From a virus (lineage: Duplodnaviria > Caudoviricetes): 64,000 bases of DNA. The position numbers and the translations under genes were made by a program. Location: the IMG/VR virus record IMGVR_UViG_3300021387_000573, positions 1-64,000 of that record. One strand, written 5' to 3'. Numbering within the stretch: position 1 is the first letter of the stretch; the number at the start of each line of letters is the position of its first letter. Positions 1-10,089 of the stretch are shown one piece after another. The notes under the pieces are model-generated. The model was not told the DNA's origin and did no database searches. It saw only the letters and a list, made by a program, of their open reading frames with translations.

Positions 1-109
1 CTTGCACAAAACCAGTTGGAAACGCAAGCTGTGCCGAAGTATTGCCCTTTTCTCGGATAGCGTCCGCTACCGCTGTAAGGTCGGCGCCATCCACAATATA
101 GTTACTCAA
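1..109 (-). CDS. Tail fibre-like protein, N-terminal part (runs off window)
   Basis: TTG start overlapping the upstream stop; MSNYIVDGADLTAVADAIREKG resembles the N-terminus of 5978..6859. Confidence 0.6.
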   Translation of the reverse strand, partial: MSNYIVDGADLTAVADAIREKGNTSAQLAFPTGFVQ

Positions 110-306
110 AAGCTCACCCCCGAAGCAGACGGGATAGCAACAGTGACACTATCGTATGATGAGCAATCAAACGTCCCATTATCGTTTACAGTTAAGGTTC
201 CAGTTGGCCTCACATAAGTAATCCAATTCCCGTTTTCATCCTGCGCCTGAAACCCATTTACGTTGGCGTACTCTACACCAAATATTTCTAAAGTATCAGC
301 CATCAT
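106..306 (-). CDS. Small fibre-associated protein
   Basis: GTLTVNDNGTFD..YDSVTV repeat shared with neighbouring fibre genes. Confidence 0.6.
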   Translation of the reverse strand: MMADTLEIFGVEYANVNGFQAQDENGNWITYVRPTGTLTVNDNGTFDCSSYDSVTVAIPSASGVSF

Positions 307-307
307 T

Positions 308-1603
308 TTATCCCTTCACATAATTTACTCCGCTCGCAAATACTGCTGATAAATCTTCCTGAAGTACCCACGAGCCATTTACTTTTTTATACGCATTTTG
401 TGCTTCAACGTAATTTCCGTTATTCTTGAAATATAGTTTATTCGGCGGCGAAAACACGATCGTATGATCTTCAGTCACCGCGCTTATTGTATAGCCCCAA
501 TACGGATCAGTACTATACTGCTCGTTTGGAGTTATCTCCACTCTGAACTGCAGCGAGTCGTTGTAATCGTCCGTATAGTTGTCCTTGAAATACTTTACAT
601 AGATATAATGCTCGCCGGCTGGGATAGTATATGAGACCGTCTGAACTGATGAACTATTATTGTTCTTCCCGCTCCAATAAACATTCGCAGCATCTGCGCT
701 TGAGGCAGTAGTCAAAGAGGTATCAACGTTGCTCAACAGGCCAAAGTCGTATGTAGACTCTGCGTAGTTGATAAGTTTAAAATCAACGGTGCACTCTACA
801 GGTAGATCAAATGTTACAATGCTCAACGCGGTGGAGCTTGATTGCCCTTGGTTACTACTTTCATAGTAATCATTGCTATTCAAAGAAAATCCATAGCTAA
901 CCCCAGAGGCTTGCGATACGACATATGACGGAGCGTTAAGTTGACCGCGGGCAAGTCTGTCCGTCACGTTGATGCCGTTATCTTTGCAAACTGGCTTATC
1001 GGTATCATAGCATCGAGCCGTGAATTCAGACCCTGCCAGAACTTCAGAAGAAGACGGTTCGCCGCCACTCACGGTAATAGTATAAGTAACCTCTTGATAT
1101 TCGTACTCAACGACAATTGTCGCGCCATAGATTCTTAGGTTATACGTAGAACTCGTATTACTTGTCCCACGCTTTACGTAATATCTAATCCCAGCGTCGT
1201 CTAATTCATTGCGCGTCCATGTTCCTGTAGATGTAAACATCTGTTCACTCGTGCTCGTGCTTATCGTCAGTGGAGATCCTTTTAATGTCGTTCCGGAGCA
1301 TAGCTGCATCTGCCTAGTTGTTACGCGAGACGAGCTTGTTGTATTTACATACGCCTTAGATGTCGCAGATACAGATATAATGGTTGCATTTTCCGGAATA
1401 GACGACAGATCAAATCTAAAATACAGATATGTTTCCGCACCAGAGCCGGTCTTCCATGTTACCTGTCCGTATGTAGTGTTAGTTGCCCCGGCGTATGCAT
1501 TGGTTAGCGGATACGATGACGACACAGAAGCATAACTGTAATGCGATGTGTCATAACTTGACAGATTAGCTTCTACACTGCCTTCTCTTGTAATAGATCC
1601 CAT
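308..1603 (-). CDS. Putative receptor-binding / carbohydrate-binding structural protein
   Basis: 431 aa, Ser/Thr/Tyr-rich, beta-sandwich-like; in tail fibre cluster; GGAGG RBS. Confidence 0.55.
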   Translation of the reverse strand: MGSITREGSVEANLSSYDTSHYSYASVSSSYPLTNAYAGATNTTYGQVTWKTGSGAETYLYFRFDLSSIPENATIISVSATSKAYVNTTSSSRVTTRQMQLCSGTTLKGSPLTISTSTSEQMFTSTGTWTRNELDDAGIRYYVKRGTSNTSSTYNLRIYGATIVVEYEYQEVTYTITVSGGEPSSSEVLAGSEFTARCYDTDKPVCKDNGINVTDRLARGQLNAPSYVVSQASGVSYGFSLNSNDYYESSNQGQSSSTALSIVTFDLPVECTVDFKLINYAESTYDFGLLSNVDTSLTTASSADAANVYWSGKNNNSSSVQTVSYTIPAGEHYIYVKYFKDNYTDDYNDSLQFRVEITPNEQYSTDPYWGYTISAVTEDHTIVFSPPNKLYFKNNGNYVEAQNAYKKVNGSWVLQEDLSAVFASGVNYVKG

Positions 1604-1616
1604 TTGTCATCCTCCG

Positions 1617-2990
1617 TCAACTGGTCTGCAAATAAATATCCCCATCTTCACCTAAGCTTGAAGATGGCGCAGAGGAACCTGTATAATAGTGCTGTATTAC
1701 AAGGGTGCCAGTCAGTTTAGAACCATTAACATACGCCGTCTTTCCTGAAATAATTTCAGACGAAGACGCGTTTGCATCTGAAGTATCAATATAGTTTGAC
1801 GGGATGGCATCTACTGTAATAGCACCGAGAGTATATCTGCCTGCCGGAACAACGACTTGAGCCAGCTTGGTCGGTGTTATCGTATCACCAAGCTGTGTCT
1901 GAAGCTGAAGCGTGCCAGAGCCAGACGCGGTGACTGTTCCAGCCGTCCCAGAGCTAACATATCCGGAGTTGACCGTAGGAGCCACAGATTGGCTCGCACT
2001 AAAAGATGCGCTAATTACGCCCGTAGAACCATTAACTGAAATATCAACGTCGTCAGTAATAGTTGTTGCCGGGACAGACACAGATCCAGACGGAATTGAA
2101 TTACTCGTACTAGACTCATAATAACCAGCAGGGACGTTGACCGTTGCGCCGGATACAGACAAATCTGTACTTCCTCTACGTGTTATTTCACTTCCGACAT
2201 ATGTGCTGCTAATGGCGCCAACGCTAACTGACGACAAATACTTGCCGCTGTCCGGAGTTACGGTTTGCGAAGACTCGCTTGGCGTAGCACTTTTGCTTTG
2301 CGTTTGAACCGCACTAATAGTTACCGAATTTAATCCGTCATATCCAGAGTCAGGTGTGACAACTTGCTGAGATGTATTTGGCGTTACAGTCTTTGACTGA
2401 GTTTGTATGGCCGATATATCGACAGCAGATAGGAATTTACCGGCGTCTGGAGTTACACTTTGTGAAACAGTAGACGGAGAAACCACCTTTGTTTGCGTTT
2501 GAATCTGTGTGACGGTAACTGAACTCAGACCATCATAACCAGAATCAGGAACGACCGTCTGCTCAGTAGTTGATGGGTCAATAGTTTTTGCCTGAAGAAC
2601 CGGGGCCGCGCCACCTCCAGAAACATTAACGATCACAGATGAATAACCATCAAAAGAATCGTCGGTCGCATCATATGTTCCGTTTTGGTTTATCGTTTTA
2701 GTTCCAAGGTTTGCAGTATTAAATCCTTCCTGTAAGGGAGCGAGTTGGATATATCCATTGACTAGTTTTGCCCCTCCTGCTGCAGTTAACGGAGATATCC
2801 TAATAAACCCGTACTGGTTTTTATACACACCAGAAGTCCACTCGCTCCCGCTAATAGCTGTACCAGTAAGTAAGTTGCCACCCCTGTCATAGGCTGTTGT
2901 CCCGGCTAAGATCTGGCTGGCATCATCCAGCGTACTTTGCGTTAAATCAATTATCGTTGTTTCGCCATATACAACTTTATTGACAGGCAT
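1617..2990 (-). CDS. Tail fibre protein with tandem ~30-aa repeats
   Basis: Four repeats of Q(T/S)[20 protein letters not shown]; C-terminal [17 protein letters not shown] fibre motif. Confidence 0.7.
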   Translation of the reverse strand: MPVNKVVYGETTIIDLTQSTLDDASQILAGTTAYDRGGNLLTGTAISGSEWTSGVYKNQYGFIRISPLTAAGGAKLVNGYIQLAPLQEGFNTANLGTKTINQNGTYDATDDSFDGYSSVIVNVSGGGAAPVLQAKTIDPSTTEQTVVPDSGYDGLSSVTVTQIQTQTKVVSPSTVSQSVTPDAGKFLSAVDISAIQTQSKTVTPNTSQQVVTPDSGYDGLNSVTISAVQTQSKSATPSESSQTVTPDSGKYLSSVSVGAISSTYVGSEITRRGSTDLSVSGATVNVPAGYYESSTSNSIPSGSVSVPATTITDDVDISVNGSTGVISASFSASQSVAPTVNSGYVSSGTAGTVTASGSGTLQLQTQLGDTITPTKLAQVVVPAGRYTLGAITVDAIPSNYIDTSDANASSSEIISGKTAYVNGSKLTGTLVIQHYYTGSSAPSSSLGEDGDIYLQTS

Positions 2991-3002
2991 CGCTTATCCT
3001 CC

Positions 3003-3608
3003 TTATGCTGGCGCTACATTTCCGATAGTTACCGTTGTTCCGTAGCTGTTTGATGTTTCCACGTAGGAAATTGCAGCAACCGTTACCTGTGTAATAGAGT
3101 TATAATCACCAAGATCGCTAGGCACGAACGACTGAGCGGTGGTGTATGGAGTGACGGAGAGAGATGTTGCCTTAACATCTTCAGAACCGCTCATTTCACC
3201 TTCTACACCAAGAATCGTAACGCCTTCACGAATGTTGGCCGCAATAATTTTCGCCTGTTCGGTAGACGAAATTGACACTTTGCCAGATCCATCATGGTAG
3301 CCCTGCGGGATTGTGTACTCTTGCGCCTTTGTGCTGATGGTGCCGGTGACAGCGCCTCTATTTGGCATCGTACCGGTAACTTTATTTCCGCTTACATATG
3401 CGGTTTTGTTCAGCAAAATTTCACTAGCGGCAGCATTGGCGTCAGACGTATCCGCGTCATATGTATTTGTACCAGTGATAATAGCACCTGAGCGATCATG
3501 CGCAGTAACTCCACTGCGCAGTTGGTCTGCATCAGTTAGTGTGTCGCTAGTGAGGTCAATTAGAACTGTATTACCATAAACTACTTTGTTAATGTTGTTG
3601 CTTGGCAT
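3003..3608 (-). CDS. Tail fibre-associated protein
   Basis: Shares NKVVYG..IDLT and [20 protein letters not shown] blocks with 1617..2990. Confidence 0.7.
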   Translation of the reverse strand: MPSNNINKVVYGNTVLIDLTSDTLTDADQLRSGVTAHDRSGAIITGTNTYDADTSDANAAASEILLNKTAYVSGNKVTGTMPNRGAVTGTISTKAQEYTIPQGYHDGSGKVSISSTEQAKIIAANIREGVTILGVEGEMSGSEDVKATSLSVTPYTTAQSFVPSDLGDYNSITQVTVAAISYVETSNSYGTTVTIGNVAPA

Positions 3609-3611
3609 TTT

Positions 3612-3881
3612 TTAACCTCCAATAATAGCGGTGTAACCACCACTTAGATTTGTTGTCTCAAAATATGGGATCTTTAGAACCGTAATATCGTCCGTCATCC
3701 GCAACCCGTTTGTTTCAAGCGTTTGCTCGACTTCGACCATTGGTGTAACAGTATAATCGCCTGTATATGGCTCAAGGCTCGAACCATCCCTGATTATTCT
3801 GTCGCGAAACAATATGTCAACTTTTGGGTCTCCAACTAGAACAGATACAGACGGCGGCTTGAATGAAATCGAAATATTCAA
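3612..3881 (-). CDS. Small structural protein
   Basis: Probable TTG start overlapping the upstream TGA; YTGDYTVTP..QTLET motif. Confidence 0.55.
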   Translation of the reverse strand: MNISISFKPPSVSVLVGDPKVDILFRDRIIRDGSSLEPYTGDYTVTPMVEVEQTLETNGLRMTDDITVLKIPYFETTNLSGGYTAIIGG

Positions 3882-4204
3882 ACCTTCTTCACCACCCTGA
3901 GAGTACCGTCGCTTATGATATTGCACATGAAAATACCGTCTTGATACCAATCAAGACGGTATTTATATCCGCCAACCTGCAGTTTAGAGCTTTCTTCTTT
4001 CGTAAACAATAGATTGACTATATTATCTTCTATTGATTGAAAATCTTTCTCAATTAGTTTAGTACCGCAAGTTTCCGACTTAACAACTATTTTAATAGAG
4101 TCTTGTTCTGAAATAGTAATGCCTTTAAGCTCAAACGGAAGAGCAACACCATAGTCACCGGCGGTCATCTGCAGAGAGCAACCATCTGCTTTCCACATAA
4201 TCAA
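3878..4204 (-). CDS. BppU-like small baseplate/fibre adaptor
   Basis: GD..L.F / Y.Y.L..G.L.V pattern; GGTGA RBS. Confidence 0.5.
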   Translation of the reverse strand: MIMWKADGCSLQMTAGDYGVALPFELKGITISEQDSIKIVVKSETCGTKLIEKDFQSIEDNIVNLLFTKEESSKLQVGGYKYRLDWYQDGIFMCNIISDGTLRVVKKV

Positions 4205-4355
4205 TCACCGTCCGTCGTTAACTTTTATTAATTTATTGGTTGGAACAATCTTCACTATAAAACTGTGTTATAAACGATCCAATCCGTCTGGATATGCGCC
4301 AAAGAACGTGCTGGACTTATGTATCTTACCTCTCGGCTTATATGCTTGTGTTATT

Positions 4356-5966
4356 TCATCCAATCATCTCGTTATCATCATTCCTTATCAGCCTTACGCC
4401 GTTCTTGTAGATGTTCAGCGTGAAGCCCAGGATGCCGTTAGAACCTGATTTTCTTGAGTTCAGTTTCAATCCGATTGCCGTGAAATTAGCGTCTTCGGTA
4501 AGGGTTACGTCGTGCGAAATCGTTTCGCCAGCCGTTGCCCTGCCGAATACCATTCCGGCAGTAAACGTGCCGCTCTGCGCGGACGCTCTTATAACATTGC
4601 TGAAAATGGCAAACGGAACTGCCAGCGATCCTGTCTGTGCCGGTGCGCTGCAATCATCGTCAAAAACAATTTCTGATCGGATGACATCTCCGGCAAGCGC
4701 AGAAAACAGCACGTTGTCCGTGTCAGTCGTTACTCTGTCAGATTCTGGAGATGTTGCGGTCATTTTGGAAAGATTCGTGAGGTTAACACCATTCCATAGT
4801 GAAGTGCTTACCGCTTCAAAACGGGCTTTGTTTCCGTTGGAAACTGTGAAGATGCGCGGATAAAGCCATGTTCCGTTTTGCAGCAGCCCGTTATTTGAGT
4901 CTGGCTTGTAGGAATCATAATTGATGGTCTGCGCACCGCGTCCAACACGAACCTCCCGGAATTCTCCCGTCTGCGAATCGACCACGAAAACGGAGACGCA
5001 ATAGGCCGTCGCCAGCCCAGCCTGGGCTTCCGTTGCGTAGGCACATCCCACATGAACGACGTTGAGGGACGGAAGGATTGTTTTTGCTGTTTGGTTGTGG
5101 TAGTGCCCCGCGAAAGCGCCAAGGCTTCCCTTCCCGCCGCCATCCACATAGGCTTGCAGCGTGTCTTTGAGGTCGGTGAATTTGAAGGAGTTGAGGTTCA
5201 CGGTTCCCGCCGCTCCGGTATCCGCGCCGTGATAGACCACACCAACAAGCCAATCCGCTTTATCCGTCGTGGGTAGCGCGGAGTGCCAGACGGTAGACCC
5301 GTGTGTGGTCAGGCCGTTCGCGTCCGTCGTGAACTCGTTGGCATACCAGCCGGAGTCGCTGTCTACTCCGTCATATTGATTCACGAAGATCATGCGAACC
5401 TTGTGCTTCGTAAAATCTACATAGAAGTTGGTCTCGTCGATGTAGTGCAGCTCTACGCCGTTTCCGTCGTACTGCACCTGATCCCACAACCCATGCAGAA
5501 GCTCATTTGTGTTCAGAGTTCTTCCAACTGAATAGCGCTTATCGTGGTTTCCGCAGGTGAAAAAGACATTCGTTGACGGAAACAGATCGTCAAAATCGTC
5601 CACCACATCTCGCATGTTCTTCTGGACATAGCTGGCGTTTTCGTCTCTGCCGTTAACGATGTCCCCGCCGCAGAAAACCGCGTCCAGCGCCACATCGTCA
5701 CACAGACGGGAGAGAAGCCGCAAGGACGGGCGGTCATCGATGGCAGTTGTGGTGTAGATGCCATCTTCGCTGCGGTGAAGGTCGGAGATGAACGCGAATT
5801 TGAGCGCGGTTCCGTCTGGGTCGTACTTGGCTATCGCGGCTTTTGCATTCGCAAGCACGGTTTCCCCGGCTTCGTCCAGCGTCGCCGGAGTTTCTCTTTG
5901 GCAGCGGGTTCCGTCCCGCTTATAAGCGCTGCGCCAGCGGGTGCCGTCAAGTTTGTATTCTGTCAT
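4356..5966 (-). CDS. Calcineurin-like metallophosphoesterase with C-terminal beta domain
   Basis: Motifs SDLH, GGD, GNHD, YHG, GHYH. Confidence 0.8.
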   Translation of the reverse strand: MTEYKLDGTRWRSAYKRDGTRCQRETPATLDEAGETVLANAKAAIAKYDPDGTALKFAFISDLHRSEDGIYTTTAIDDRPSLRLLSRLCDDVALDAVFCGGDIVNGRDENASYVQKNMRDVVDDFDDLFPSTNVFFTCGNHDKRYSVGRTLNTNELLHGLWDQVQYDGNGVELHYIDETNFYVDFTKHKVRMIFVNQYDGVDSDSGWYANEFTTDANGLTTHGSTVWHSALPTTDKADWLVGVVYHGADTGAAGTVNLNSFKFTDLKDTLQAYVDGGGKGSLGAFAGHYHNQTAKTILPSLNVVHVGCAYATEAQAGLATAYCVSVFVVDSQTGEFREVRVGRGAQTINYDSYKPDSNNGLLQNGTWLYPRIFTVSNGNKARFEAVSTSLWNGVNLTNLSKMTATSPESDRVTTDTDNVLFSALAGDVIRSEIVFDDDCSAPAQTGSLAVPFAIFSNVIRASAQSGTFTAGMVFGRATAGETISHDVTLTEDANFTAIGLKLNSRKSGSNGILGFTLNIYKNGVRLIRNDDNEMIG

Positions 5967-5977
5967 CTTTCGTCACC

Positions 5978-6859
5978 TCACGTAGTTGCCACTTTTCTTG
6001 CGCAAACCAAAATGTATCTATATTCAACTCCCGCCAAAAAATTGTATCCGCTTCCAGCCGTAGTAAATGTGATACTATTCGAAGTATCATCGGTCGAATA
6101 CGCCCCGCCACTTTTCCAGCTATGATTGTTAGCATTTGGTTCGTAAAATATTGGAGTTATGGAAAGCGAAACCATGGTCGATGCCCAATAATTCGAAAAC
6201 CGACATATTTCAAGGCCGGATGCATAGTTGTCATATGCAGAATCGCCTTCATAATTTGTCCAATACTCGTCCGGGATGATCGCGAAAAAATGCCATAGTG
6301 TGTAATCATTCAAATCGATTACATTCCTATCTACTGGAACGGTTACTCTATAATTTGCAGATTCGAGAGTAAATGTTCCAGAAATGGCTTTTATAGGCGG
6401 GTTTGATAGAGATGTCCCGATGTCACCACCTCCAGCCACGCTAACCGTCACGGAACTATACCCATCCGCGTTGTCACTGGACGCGTTGTAGGTTCCGTTC
6501 TCCGTGATGGTCTTGGTCACGAGCGTGGGAGCTGTGCCGCCGGCGGGAACGTTGACAGTAACCTCGTTGTAAGCCGTGTCAGAAGGCGCGGTATAAGTGC
6601 CGTTACTCGTAACAGAGAGCGATGCAAGCAGAGGCATAGGCACAGAAACATGCACGGAGCTGTAACCGTCCACATTGTCGTCCTCTGCGTCATACGTTCC
6701 GTTTGCAAGAATGTTCTTGCTGATAAGTGTAGCTACCGGAATATCGTCAATCGCATCTGCCATCTCGGTAGGGGTATATGTGTTCTGCGTCGATAGCTTC
6801 GCCCGAATGGACGATGCGATATTCGACAGGTTGGTATCGCTTACCAATACTTTAGCCAT
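5978..6859 (-). CDS. Tail fibre-like protein
   Basis: N-terminal LSNIASSIRAK; three NGTY...YSSV-type repeats. Confidence 0.65.
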   Translation of the reverse strand: MAKVLVSDTNLSNIASSIRAKLSTQNTYTPTEMADAIDDIPVATLISKNILANGTYDAEDDNVDGYSSVHVSVPMPLLASLSVTSNGTYTAPSDTAYNEVTVNVPAGGTAPTLVTKTITENGTYNASSDNADGYSSVTVSVAGGGDIGTSLSNPPIKAISGTFTLESANYRVTVPVDRNVIDLNDYTLWHFFAIIPDEYWTNYEGDSAYDNYASGLEICRFSNYWASTMVSLSITPIFYEPNANNHSWKSGGAYSTDDTSNSITFTTAGSGYNFLAGVEYRYILVCARKVATT

Positions 6860-7893
6860 CAGTATTTCACCTCATCTCCGTCTGAATAAGTCGGCGTGTC
6901 AACAACGGCGTTTGCATACCGCCCAATGTTGTATGTTCCGTTTTCAGAAAGTGTTATTGTACCGCCAAGCTCGACTAGTTGCCCCTTTAGCGATTCGATT
7001 AACGTGTCTGCATATACGCCACCGCTCTCGTCTATATATTTAACATGTGAAAAAAGAGAATCAAGCAGGCTAACCTGTGACACCGTCCATCCTTGAGGTT
7101 CCGTTGTTGATTCAAGAGATGATAGTAAAGCTTCGGCAATTTCACCGGCGGTAGATGAATCATACTTTAAGTGTTCTAAAACCTGCCGTAAGAGATAGAT
7201 GTCTTGGACCGTCCATAATTTACCCGTTGGGCCGCCACGAATAGATACACCATCTGCTACATATGCCATTCCGTTCTGTATTTCTGTTATTTCATAATAG
7301 TAATAACTGTAAAATACTAAGTCTCCAACCTTCGGGTCTTTATCTTCTCTTCCAACCAAATCATCTAAATCGAACGAAATCGAATTTACAGTGACAGTCG
7401 GTTCATTTTTGCTTTGCCAAAATAGAGAGCCAACTGCGTGCCTGGCTAGCTCAATTGCATTAATAAATGTCCTAAAATCATCAGATGACGCTGCTCGATC
7501 CATTATGTTCGGAGATTTTCTAACATCTATTAAGAATGGTATTGTGCTAATACTTTCCGTCCCTTTGTAAATGCAGATATCACAAAGGCAATGACCGCAA
7601 GCTGCCGTCACTTGCGATACGAGTTCTACGGTTACGGTCCCGTCGAGCCCGGATATAACCAAATAGCGCCCTAATTCCGTGTCTTCGCTCATACTATCGT
7701 ATACGACAGAATGGCCGTCAGGTTTTTCGCATCGAAATGCAATCCAACAATCAGTCTCCGGGATATATGTTTCTCCATTTTTCTTTAAATAAATCAATAG
7801 TTTCCTGCTAGTTGAGTCGCCTTGCTTTACCCTGACAACAGGTAATGTATTTCGTATCTCTAGGTCTAGCTTCAACTCTGTTATAAACTCCAA
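6859..7893 (-). CDS. Baseplate upper protein (BppU-like)
   Basis: VKQGDSTSR..KPDG N-terminal BppU signature; GGGGTGA RBS before TTG. Confidence 0.7.
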   Translation of the reverse strand: MEFITELKLDLEIRNTLPVVRVKQGDSTSRKLLIYLKKNGETYIPETDCWIAFRCEKPDGHSVVYDSMSEDTELGRYLVISGLDGTVTVELVSQVTAACGHCLCDICIYKGTESISTIPFLIDVRKSPNIMDRAASSDDFRTFINAIELARHAVGSLFWQSKNEPTVTVNSISFDLDDLVGREDKDPKVGDLVFYSYYYYEITEIQNGMAYVADGVSIRGGPTGKLWTVQDIYLLRQVLEHLKYDSSTAGEIAEALLSSLESTTEPQGWTVSQVSLLDSLFSHVKYIDESGGVYADTLIESLKGQLVELGGTITLSENGTYNIGRYANAVVDTPTYSDGDEVKY

Positions 7894-7942
7894 TGTATCA
7901 CCCCCACTTTGTAATAACGTTATCTTACGGTTGCTTCGATTA

Positions 7943-10030
7943 TTATTTCCATCGTCCGACCGCCGTCCACTCAATATAGTACGGCTCGGATGCGCTTGGA
8001 GTGCGTTGATAAAAGTCATACAACTCACAAGCGGCTGTTGTGGCAGACGAGCCAAAGAATCCAGATGGAATTATATGACCAGTTGAATACTTAGCCGATC
8101 CAAACACATGAGGGCTGCTTCCGGCAACAAATGGAACCGGGAAGGTAAAATTACATGACATATCCCACATACCTGTTGTTCCTGTGTTTGTGTTTATAAA
8201 TGTTCCGCTTGTAATACTGGCCCGCCCCCACTCGATCATAGTTCCATCTGGAAACTTACAGTATGTCGCACCATCGGACGTTCCGCTAGCTGGTATAACA
8301 TCTATCCCGTTAATAGACATCTGTTGAGCATATACTGGGACGTTAAAATTAAAGTCGTTTTCGCCCCAGTCAAATACCGGGATACCTTTTTGTACCGTGT
8401 ACTGTTTTGTTACTGTAGAGAGCGCATCAACCGCTCTTACCTCAAACCCATATGATATGTTGTATGGGAAGCTGTTTCCTAAATCTATTGCGCCTCCAGT
8501 TGTATAGTAGCCATTATGAATATAGCTACTTACATCAACTGTCACCCAGCCTGAAAACGACGATGCGTTCTGCTCTTTATAGCGGTATTGGACAGATAAT
8601 GAGTTATTTGCGCTTCCGAAGCTCCCATTAAAGTAATTCCCGTCAAACGATAACCAAATACTATTAGCTGTCGGTGACGGGCGACCAAGAGTAATATTAA
8701 GTGTTAACGGAATATACGCTATAACAGTTGGCGATACGGTTGCTGAAGCTGAATAGCCTCTAGAGTCAGTTGCAGTAAATACGTACTGTGTAGCTTCTGT
8801 ATTAGAGAAATCTCTGTATGTTGCGGATGTACCTAACGAAACATTGTTAATGCTTTTCGATGAGATGGTTGCGCTATTTTTCGCTGTCGCAGTTATAGTC
8901 GCGCGTGCCGTAGATCTGTATTTTATTAATTTGCTACTGTCTCCGGTTAACGCGATTGTCGTAGTATTGATATCCTCAACCGTCCCGCTTACAGATGGTG
9001 AACTTGTCTGAGACGAAGCAGTTACGGTAAACGTACAAGTCTTTGGGCTGCCGAGAGTTGAGGTCGATGATGCGCTAGCATATGTTCTACATGTAATCGT
9101 GCACGTCCCTGTTTTTGAGTTTGGTATTTTTTCGTAAAATGAAGTCGGAACTGAAAATGGGATACTTGTATTTGTGTATTTAACCTCTGTTGTGCTCGTG
9201 CCACCTGTAGCAGTAATATAACCGGTAACGGGGCTCGAAGAGCCAAAAGAATATTGGAGCGAATGATAGTATGATGACGAATGCTTTGTAACTGTGATTG
9301 TAGAAACGCTCCCGATATTTGCGTCAGTAGCAGCTACATCAGATGCCAGCGGCTGCGCCGTTGAAGCAACAGCAACATTCCCATCAACAGTTTTAGTTCC
9401 TCCAGAACTGAACGACACCTCATTAACCGTATGCGTTAACAACTGATAGTTCGCAGATGCTGCGAAAGATATCGTTAGCACATCACCATTATAGATCTTC
9501 GTACCGTTAGATATTGTCCCGGTTCCTGAATTATGTGCAGAGGACGATCTGTTGACCGTAATGCTGCTTCCGCTCCCGGCGTTGACAGAGAGTGTATAAA
9601 TTGTTTCTACTGTACTTGTCCCAAGAAAGAATGGGCTAACGCGCCCTCCGTTATAAAAGGCTATACCATATCCGTCGTTTCCGCCAACGGAGATACTTAT
9701 ATCAACTCCTGATGTTGCGCTACCGGGGATGTCAATATACCCAGTTGCTACATTTCCGGAACTGTCCAGTAGCTTTCTATTTGTGCCGGTGCTTATGTAA
9801 TAGTTTCCGGAGGAAGACCGGCAGTTAAATACCACATTATTGTTTATCGAAATCGTGCCATTTGGGTAGCCACCGCTTATATACCCCTCTGTAACTTCTA
9901 CAGAAGTAATCGTAACTCGATGCTTGTTTGTCGAGGAATTATATGATTCAGACCAGTTTATCTTAAGCGTGAAGTTTACTCCAGTAACATCGTAGCGCGA
10001 AGTAATTGAATATGACCCTGATGAAGCCAA
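7943..10030 (-). CDS. Minor tail / receptor-binding protein (DUF859-like with gp53-like C-terminus)
   Basis: PVFDWGENDFNFNVPV; YCKFPDGTMIEWG...FPVPF...WTAVGRWK. Confidence 0.7.
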   Translation of the reverse strand: MASSGSYSITSRYDVTGVNFTLKINWSESYNSSTNKHRVTITSVEVTEGYISGGYPNGTISINNNVVFNCRSSSGNYYISTGTNRKLLDSSGNVATGYIDIPGSATSGVDISISVGGNDGYGIAFYNGGRVSPFFLGTSTVETIYTLSVNAGSGSSITVNRSSSAHNSGTGTISNGTKIYNGDVLTISFAASANYQLLTHTVNEVSFSSGGTKTVDGNVAVASTAQPLASDVAATDANIGSVSTITVTKHSSSYYHSLQYSFGSSSPVTGYITATGGTSTTEVKYTNTSIPFSVPTSFYEKIPNSKTGTCTITCRTYASASSTSTLGSPKTCTFTVTASSQTSSPSVSGTVEDINTTTIALTGDSSKLIKYRSTARATITATAKNSATISSKSINNVSLGTSATYRDFSNTEATQYVFTATDSRGYSASATVSPTVIAYIPLTLNITLGRPSPTANSIWLSFDGNYFNGSFGSANNSLSVQYRYKEQNASSFSGWVTVDVSSYIHNGYYTTGGAIDLGNSFPYNISYGFEVRAVDALSTVTKQYTVQKGIPVFDWGENDFNFNVPVYAQQMSINGIDVIPASGTSDGATYCKFPDGTMIEWGRASITSGTFINTNTGTTGMWDMSCNFTFPVPFVAGSSPHVFGSAKYSTGHIIPSGFFGSSATTAACELYDFYQRTPSASEPYYIEWTAVGRWK

Positions 10031-10089
10031 AGTATCACCTCCGGCTTCGACGAGCGGAGAAATATCCGCTATGCTGTAAAATCATCCTT

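Noticed and set aside
1-10030. Diversity-generating retroelement or invertible fibre cassette
   Set aside because: No reverse transcriptase, TR/VR pair or inverted crossover sites seen in this window
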